From assembly GCF_001458695.1 (NCBI RefSeq), contig NZ_LN885086.1, positions 2,640,001 through 2,672,000 of the forward strand: a DNA stretch of 32,000 nt, given 5' to 3'. Within the stretch, counting starts at the first letter, position 1; each line of letters opens with the position of its first letter. The notes beneath the pieces are model-generated. The model was not told where the DNA came from. It saw only the letters and a list, made by a program, of their open reading frames with translations, and searched no databases. This document shows, piece after piece, positions 26,695 to 32,000 of this stretch. The stretch is from Candidatus Nitrospira inopinata (GTDB lineage Bacteria; Nitrospirota; Nitrospiria; Nitrospirales; Nitrospiraceae). A program made the position numbers and the translations under genes.

Positions 26695-29436
26695 ATGACC
26701 GTGCCCCAATTAAGCAAAACGTACGATCCCAAAGCCGTCGAACCGCGCTGGTCTCGGTTTTGGATCGAGAAGCGATACTTTCATCCGTCGATCGACCATC
26801 CCGGCGAACCCTACTGCATTGTCATCCCGCCTCCGAATGTGACCGGTTCGCTTCATGTCGGCCACGCGCTGAACCATTCGCTCCAGGATATTCTTATCCG
26901 GTGGCGACGGATGCAGGGACGCAATACCCTCTGGCTTCCGGGAACCGACCACGCCGGCATTGCCACGCAAAACGTCGTGGAAAAACGATTGCTGGCGGAA
27001 GGACTCTCGCGCGAAGCCCTCGGCCGAGACCGGTTCATCGAACGGGTCTGGCAATGGAAAGCCGAGTCGGGCAACACGATCATCAATCAACAACGGCAGC
27101 TCGGCGAATCCTGCGACTGGGACCGGTTGCGATTTACGATGGACGAAGGACTGTCCAGAGCCGTCATCGAGGTCTTCGTCCGGCTGTACGAGGACGGGCT
27201 GATCTATCGGGGCGAACGACTGATCAATTGGTGCCCCCGTTGTCTCACCGCCCTGTCGGATATTGAAGTTGAACATGAAGAAGTCAAGGGAACCCTCTAT
27301 CACATCAAATATCCGCTGGCTGATGATCCTGCCACCACTTTGGTCGTGGCCACCACCAGGCCTGAAACGATGCTTGGCGATACGGCGGTTGCCGTCCATC
27401 CCGACGATCCCCGTTATCGCCATCTCATTGGCAAGAAAATCCGCTTGCCGCTGACCGAGCGGGAGATTCCCATTGTCGGAGACCCCATTGTGGTCGATCT
27501 CGAGTTCGGAACCGGCGCCGTCAAGATCACCCCGGCCCATGACTTCAATGACTATGAGGCCGGCGAACGGCACGGGCTGCCGCGGCTTGCTCTTTTTGAT
27601 CACCGGGCGTTGCTGGATCACCCTTCGATGGTGAAGGCGGGCGTTGATTCCGATGTCGCCTCGACCCTGGCAACACTGCCCGTTCAGAAAGCACGAATCA
27701 TAATTGTCCAACTGTTGGCCGATCGTGGTCTCTTGGTGAAGCGAGACGACCACCGGATGGCCGTCGGCAAATGTTATCGCTGCAAGACCGTCGTGGAGCC
27801 CTATCTGTCTCCCCAATGGTTCGTCAAGATTCAACCGCTTGCCGATCCCGCCATCAAGGTTGTTGAAGAAGGTCGTATCCACATCATTCCGGAAGGATGG
27901 GTCAACAATTATCTCGGCTGGATGAGGAACATCAAGGATTGGTGCATCTCCCGCCAGATTTGGTGGGGCCATCAGATTCCAGCCTGGTACTGTCTGGCAT
28001 GTAACGAGCCTTGCCTCATCATCCAGGAAGGCACAACGACGATCCTGCAAGGCGCCCGACCCATCGTCGCCAAACAGGCTCCTTCTCAATGCCCCACGTG
28101 CGGCGGCTCCCGGTTCATGCGCGACCCGGACGTGCTCGATACCTGGTTTTCCTCCGCTCTCTGGCCCTTCTCGACCCTGGGATGGCCGGACCAGACGCCG
28201 GAACTGAAACGCTACTATCCCACCTCAACCTTGGTGACCGGCCTTGACATTCTGTTTTTCTGGGTCGCCCGCATGATCATGATGGGGCTCAAGTTCATGG
28301 GCGACGTGCCGTTTCGCGACGTGTACATCCATGCCCTGGTTCGCGACGCTGAAGGCCAAAAGATGAGCAAGTCCAAGGGCAACGTGATCGATCCGCTCCA
28401 CGTCATGGACAAATATGGAGCGGACGCCCTGCGCTTTACCCTGGCCTCCATGGCCTCGCCTGGCCGGGATGTCAAGTTGGCCGAAGAGCGGATCGAGGGC
28501 TATCGCAACTTTGCCAACAAAATCTGGAACGCCGCCCGTTTTGCATTGATGTATCTCAACGGACCTCGGACCGCCACCCCTCTGAACGAGCGCCCGTTCC
28601 CGGACCGCTGGATCGTGAGCCGCCTTAATCGGACGATTCAGACCGTCTCGTCGGAATTGGAGGCCTATCGATTCGACCGCGCCGCCTCGGTTCTATATCA
28701 GTTCATATGGCACGAGTACTGTGATTGGTACGTGGAGCTCATCAAACCGACGTTACAAGATGCCTCGCATCCCGATGGCCCGACGACGCGACAAACCCTC
28801 GCCGACACGCTTGAAACGACCATGCGGCTGCTGCATCCCTTCATGCCGTTCATCACGGAGGAAATTTGGCAAACCATTCCCCACGAAGGAGACTGTATCG
28901 CCGTGCAGCCCTACCCGACGGCGGATGTCACGGAAATCGCGCCGGACGTTGAACGGGAGTTCGCCCTCCTCGAACAGACGATCGGATTGGTTCGTACCGG
29001 TCGCGTCCTGTTGAATTACCCGCCGGGGCAACCGGTTTCCTTTTCCGTCGCCCATGTCGATCAGGATCTGCACCATCGACTTCGTGGCCTTCACCATCAC
29101 TTGGCTCACATGAGCCGTGGGTCGGTCGACGTCACGCCTTCGAACGAATGGCCGGGGGGAAAACGGTTGCGCCTGGTGGCGGAAGGTCTGTCCGTGGGCC
29201 TTGCGGTCTCAAACGACGTCGATCTCGGCAAAGCGCTGGATCGCTTAACCGACCAAATCGCCGAGGCGGACACAGAGGGCTCGCGGCTCGAAGCCAAACT
29301 GGCCAATCCGGAGTTCTCAAGCAAGGCTCCTCCTGAAGTCATTACGGAACATCGGGAACGGCTTCGGACCTTGACGCGCGACCGTGCTCTCCTCGTGAGC
29401 AGCCGCGAACAGTTGCAGGCCATGTTGGGGGGCTGA
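26695..29436 (+). CDS. valS: Valine--tRNA ligase
   Basis: PPPNVTGSLHVGHAL (HIGH), KMSKSKGN (KMSKS), CP1 editing region, C-terminal coiled coil. I prefer ATG 26695 (MTVPQLSKTYDPKAVE), preceded by GGAAGGA, over the tracked start at 26647. Confidence 0.95.
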   Translation: MTVPQLSKTYDPKAVEPRWSRFWIEKRYFHPSIDHPGEPYCIVIPPPNVTGSLHVGHALNHSLQDILIRWRRMQGRNTLWLPGTDHAGIATQNVVEKRLLAEGLSREALGRDRFIERVWQWKAESGNTIINQQRQLGESCDWDRLRFTMDEGLSRAVIEVFVRLYEDGLIYRGERLINWCPRCLTALSDIEVEHEEVKGTLYHIKYPLADDPATTLVVATTRPETMLGDTAVAVHPDDPRYRHLIGKKIRLPLTEREIPIVGDPIVVDLEFGTGAVKITPAHDFNDYEAGERHGLPRLALFDHRALLDHPSMVKAGVDSDVASTLATLPVQKARIIIVQLLADRGLLVKRDDHRMAVGKCYRCKTVVEPYLSPQWFVKIQPLADPAIKVVEEGRIHIIPEGWVNNYLGWMRNIKDWCISRQIWWGHQIPAWYCLACNEPCLIIQEGTTTILQGARPIVAKQAPSQCPTCGGSRFMRDPDVLDTWFSSALWPFSTLGWPDQTPELKRYYPTSTLVTGLDILFFWVARMIMMGLKFMGDVPFRDVYIHALVRDAEGQKMSKSKGNVIDPLHVMDKYGADALRFTLASMASPGRDVKLAEERIEGYRNFANKIWNAARFALMYLNGPRTATPLNERPFPDRWIVSRLNRTIQTVSSELEAYRFDRAASVLYQFIWHEYCDWYVELIKPTLQDASHPDGPTTRQTLADTLETTMRLLHPFMPFITEEIWQTIPHEGDCIAVQPYPTADVTEIAPDVEREFALLEQTIGLVRTGRVLLNYPPGQPVSFSVAHVDQDLHHRLRGLHHHLAHMSRGSVDVTPSNEWPGGKRLRLVAEGLSVGLAVSNDVDLGKALDRLTDQIAEADTEGSRLEAKLANPEFSSKAPPEVITEHRERLRTLTRDRALLVSSREQLQAMLGG

Positions 29437-29439
29437 GCG

Positions 29440-30315
29440 ATGACACGGCTTCCTGCCGCGGAAATCCGGCGCGCCGTTCGGATCGGGTTGGAAGAAGACC
29501 TCGGCCAGGGCGATGTGACGACGCGCGCCCTGTTTCCCCAAGCGGTTCCCGCCCGGGCCGTCATCATTGCGCAAGAGCCGCTCGTTGTGGCCGGGCTGTC
29601 CGCCGCCGTTCAAACCTTCCTTGCCGTTGATCCTTCGCTTGCAGTCACGGTAGGGCGCCGGGACGGTGAACCGGCCAAGAAGGGGGAAACCGTTCTGCGC
29701 GTAACCGGTGACGGACGGTCTATTCTGCAAGCTGAACGGGTGGCTTTGAATTTTCTCCAACACCTGTCCGGAATCGCGACCTTGACGAGGAAATTCTGTC
29801 TGGCCGTTCGAGGCTATCCGGTCCGTATCATGGACACGAGGAAAACGATACCGGGGTGGCGGGCGCTGCAAAAATGGGCCGTTCGACTGGGCGGCGGCGT
29901 CAACCACCGGATGTCGCTCCAGGACGGAATCCTGATCAAAGACAATCATCTCGCCCTCCTGCGTCCTGCCCGGCAGGCCGTCCGAACAGCCTGTCGCTTG
30001 GCTGCTTCCGCCGAACCGTCGGCGAAACCGATCATCGTCGAGGCGGAATCCCTTTCCCAGGTCCGACAGGCCCTTGCCGGAAAGACCGATATCATCCTGT
30101 TGGACAATATGTCGCCCTCCCTTGTCCGTCGAGCGGTGCGCCTCATCAACGGACGGGCGATCGTGGAAGTGTCGGGAGGCGTCACCCTCAAAAACGTCCG
30201 CGCCATGGCCGCAGCGGGAGCAGATCGTATCTCCATCGGCGCCTTGACCCACTCCGCTCCGGCGGCGTCGTTCAGTCTGATCCTCGCGCCGTTACGGAGC
30301 CGTCGTTCTTCGTAA
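29440..30315 (+). CDS. nadC: Nicotinate-nucleotide diphosphorylase (carboxylating) / quinolinate phosphoribosyltransferase
   Basis: 291 aa. ERVALNFLQHLSGIAT, DTRKTIPG, GGGVNHRMSL, LIKDNH, LLDNM, EVSGGVT. Starts 4 nt after the valS stop. Confidence 0.9.
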   Translation: MTRLPAAEIRRAVRIGLEEDLGQGDVTTRALFPQAVPARAVIIAQEPLVVAGLSAAVQTFLAVDPSLAVTVGRRDGEPAKKGETVLRVTGDGRSILQAERVALNFLQHLSGIATLTRKFCLAVRGYPVRIMDTRKTIPGWRALQKWAVRLGGGVNHRMSLQDGILIKDNHLALLRPARQAVRTACRLAASAEPSAKPIIVEAESLSQVRQALAGKTDIILLDNMSPSLVRRAVRLINGRAIVEVSGGVTLKNVRAMAAAGADRISIGALTHSAPAASFSLILAPLRSRRSS

Positions 30316-30318
30316 ATC

Positions 30319-31158
30319 ATGACGTCCTCTGCACCGCTGACGCTCGATGACATTCGCAGCACCTTGGCGACCGTTCAGTTCGGACAACGGCTCTACGTGC
30401 ATCACGAAGTGCCGTCGACGAACTCCGAAGCGATGGCTCTTGCCCAAGCCGGAGCGGAGCATGGCACGGTCGTGGTGGCAGAGAGTCAATCGGCCGGCAG
30501 AGGGCGCCTGAGCCGTCAATGGCACTCCCCGGCGGGCGCAAACCTTTATTGCTCGGTGATCGTCAAAGACGAGGGGCGGACCGTCGGGGACTCGGAATGG
30601 CTGTCTTGGATGCCGCTCGCGAGCGCATTGGCGGCGGCGGAAGCCGTGCAAGTCACCACATCAATCCCACTGTCTGTAAAGTGGCCGAATGATCTTCTGT
30701 ATCAAGACCGGAAAGTCGGCGGCATTCTTTGCGAAAGTCTCCGCACACCGATTCAGGGTTCCATCGTCGTCATAGGGATCGGTCTCAATGTCAACTTGCC
30801 TCAGAAGTCATTCCCCGAAGAGTTGCGACAGACGGCAACCTCTCTGTTTGAAATCTCAAAGAACTCCATCGATCGGAACCGGTTGCTCGCGCAACTCTTG
30901 TATGAGTTGGAACAGGTGGTTCGTGAGTTGACAATCCATGGATCAAGCCATTTGCGGCCGGCCTACCTGAATCGCTGCTGCACGATCGGCAAACGGGTCC
31001 GCGTGATCTTGAGGGCTGAGCAAGAGATCATCGGAACGGCCGAGTCCATTTCATCGGACGGCGCGCTGCAAGTCCGTCCCCATTTCACCGCGCCGACGGG
31101 ATCGCCACATGAATTGATCGACGTCCACGCCGCGGACATCGTTCACCTCCGGGAGTAA
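30319..31158 (+). CDS. birA: Biotin--[acetyl-CoA-carboxylase] ligase (group I, no obvious N-terminal HTH)
   Basis: 279 aa. VVVAESQSAGRGRLSRQWHSPAGANLY (GRGRxGRxWxSP), KWPNDLL, KVGGIL. Starts 4 nt after the nadC stop. Confidence 0.88.
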   Translation: MTSSAPLTLDDIRSTLATVQFGQRLYVHHEVPSTNSEAMALAQAGAEHGTVVVAESQSAGRGRLSRQWHSPAGANLYCSVIVKDEGRTVGDSEWLSWMPLASALAAAEAVQVTTSIPLSVKWPNDLLYQDRKVGGILCESLRTPIQGSIVVIGIGLNVNLPQKSFPEELRQTATSLFEISKNSIDRNRLLAQLLYELEQVVRELTIHGSSHLRPAYLNRCCTIGKRVRVILRAEQEIIGTAESISSDGALQVRPHFTAPTGSPHELIDVHAADIVHLRE

Positions 31159-31252
31159 AACTCCGCACCGGTTTGCGGGGGAATGACGATCGCTCCCCTT
31201 TCGCGCCCGCTTTTCTTAAGCCCGCTACCGGAAAAAGCTTGGGCCTTCGCCG

Positions 31253-31999
31253 TCAACCTTGTCGAGCCTGCGAAGACCGTCCCATCCATCGGCTCAGCCG
31301 ACGAGCTGTGAAAAAACGAAACACTGATCCAGGTCGCACCAGATCACGATACTGCCTGGTTCCCGCCATCACGTCCGTGACCGTTTCACAGAGCCACTGT
31401 CCTTGTCTTGAGAAGACCCATGTCCTGACACGCGGACAGTCGTACAGGAGACGGGCCAGAATGCGGCCGACGCGGAGGTCTGGGAGAATGGCTTGGGCAA
31501 CGAGGCGACGGTAGGCGTCTTCGACGGTTTCCTCCTGCGAACGTTCGCCGATCAGGGATTCGGCCGCCAGAAGACCGCTCCTTACGGCATACGAGATTCC
31601 TTCCCCGGTGATGGGGTCGGCGAAACCGGCGGCGTCCCCGACCAGCAGGACGCGATTTTTGGCGAAGGGCCCTTTTCGCGGACGAACGGGAATGACAAAA
31701 CCGTGCCGCTCGACCGACAAAGGAGAGGTGCAGCCCAGCAGGTCCATGTAGCGAGTGATCGCAGCATGAAGCCCGTGCCGCTGCTTATCCATCGACAGGA
31801 CTCCGATCGACAGATGCCGCCGTTTGGGAAAGACCCACCCATATCCTCGTGAGATAACGTCGAAGTCGAACCGCGCCGTGCCTTCAAAACGGCGCACCCG
31901 GTCGAACGGTACAGTCACTTCGTACTCCAGCGCCGGAATGAGAACACGGCCGTCCTCCCACCCCATGGATCGCGCGACCGGACTCAGCGCTCCATCGGC
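31253..31999 (-). CDS. Geranylgeranyl-reductase-family FAD-dependent oxidoreductase (C-terminal part; N-terminus beyond the right edge)
   Basis: RVLLVGDAAGFADPITGEGISYAVRSG is the family signature. The frame stays open upstream of the tracked Met (31966) to the window edge. Confidence 0.8.
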   Translation of the reverse strand, partial: ADGALSPVARSMGWEDGRVLIPALEYEVTVPFDRVRRFEGTARFDFDVISRGYGWVFPKRRHLSIGVLSMDKQRHGLHAAITRYMDLLGCTSPLSVERHGFVIPVRPRKGPFAKNRVLLVGDAAGFADPITGEGISYAVRSGLLAAESLIGERSQEETVEDAYRRLVAQAILPDLRVGRILARLLYDCPRVRTWVFSRQGQWLCETVTDVMAGTRQYRDLVRPGSVFRFFTARRLSRWMGRSSQARQG

Positions 32000-32000
32000 G

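Noticed and set aside
26710-28089. 459-aa ORF on the minus strand, antisense to valS. Similar long antisense ORFs occur at 12957..13979 (+), 29317..30252 (-), 17977..18783 (+), 6263..7063 (+), 9304..10041 (+), 24559..25245 (+) and 335..922 (+).
   Set aside because: Each lies entirely opposite a gene with strong, recognisable family motifs. Their products are low-complexity Arg/Gly/Pro/Asp-rich sequences with no recognisable domains. Long shadow ORFs of this kind are expected in roughly 60% GC DNA.
31159-31252. Short hairpins (CCGCA-n6-TGCGG; GGGGA-n11-TCCCC) between the convergent birA and geranylgeranyl-reductase-family genes, as possible intrinsic terminators.
   Set aside because: The stems are only 5 bp and the adjacent T-runs are weak (at most 4 T). 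That is not enough to call a terminator by eye.

Overview
High-GC (roughly 60%) bacterial chromosomal window with two parts. Part 1, bases 1..6400, lies entirely on the minus strand and is an accessory, defence-type island. It holds a Type III restriction-modification operon (mod, res) with two toxin-antitoxin-like pairs chained into it. An addiction-module antitoxin plus ParE/RelE toxin abut the mod start. A DUF4258 + DUF2283 pair sits between mod and res. Upstream are a DUF2130 protein and a 127-codon remnant of an SNF2 helicase. All three large enzymes carry different lesions: a frameshift in res at an A6 run, an in-frame TAG in mod, and an in-frame internal deletion in SNF2. All small ORFs are intact. 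A 41-bp direct repeat of the mod 5' end flanks the ParE cassette, and the central part of mod is a low-GC block. Part 2, bases 6400..32000, looks like ordinary housekeeping DNA: DUF3565, a lipoprotein, GlcG-like protein, a glycogen-debranching enzyme + GH63-like glucosidase pair, a secreted beta-helix protein, coaE, trxB, thiI, an Sfp-type PPTase, tRNA-Ser(CGA), a DUF2779 nuclease, a MATE transporter, an SGNH-like hydrolase, a PanE fusion protein, cobB, a HAD hydrolase, a response regulator, valS-nadC-birA, and a partial geranylgeranyl-reductase-family gene. I saw no CRISPR array, transposase, integrase or rRNA. All family assignments come from reading motifs by eye, with no HMM or database search. 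The most novel-looking item is the composite, translationally chained TA-Mod-TA-Res operon with its SNF2/DUF2130 neighbours. I cannot show from sequence alone that it is a single functional system.
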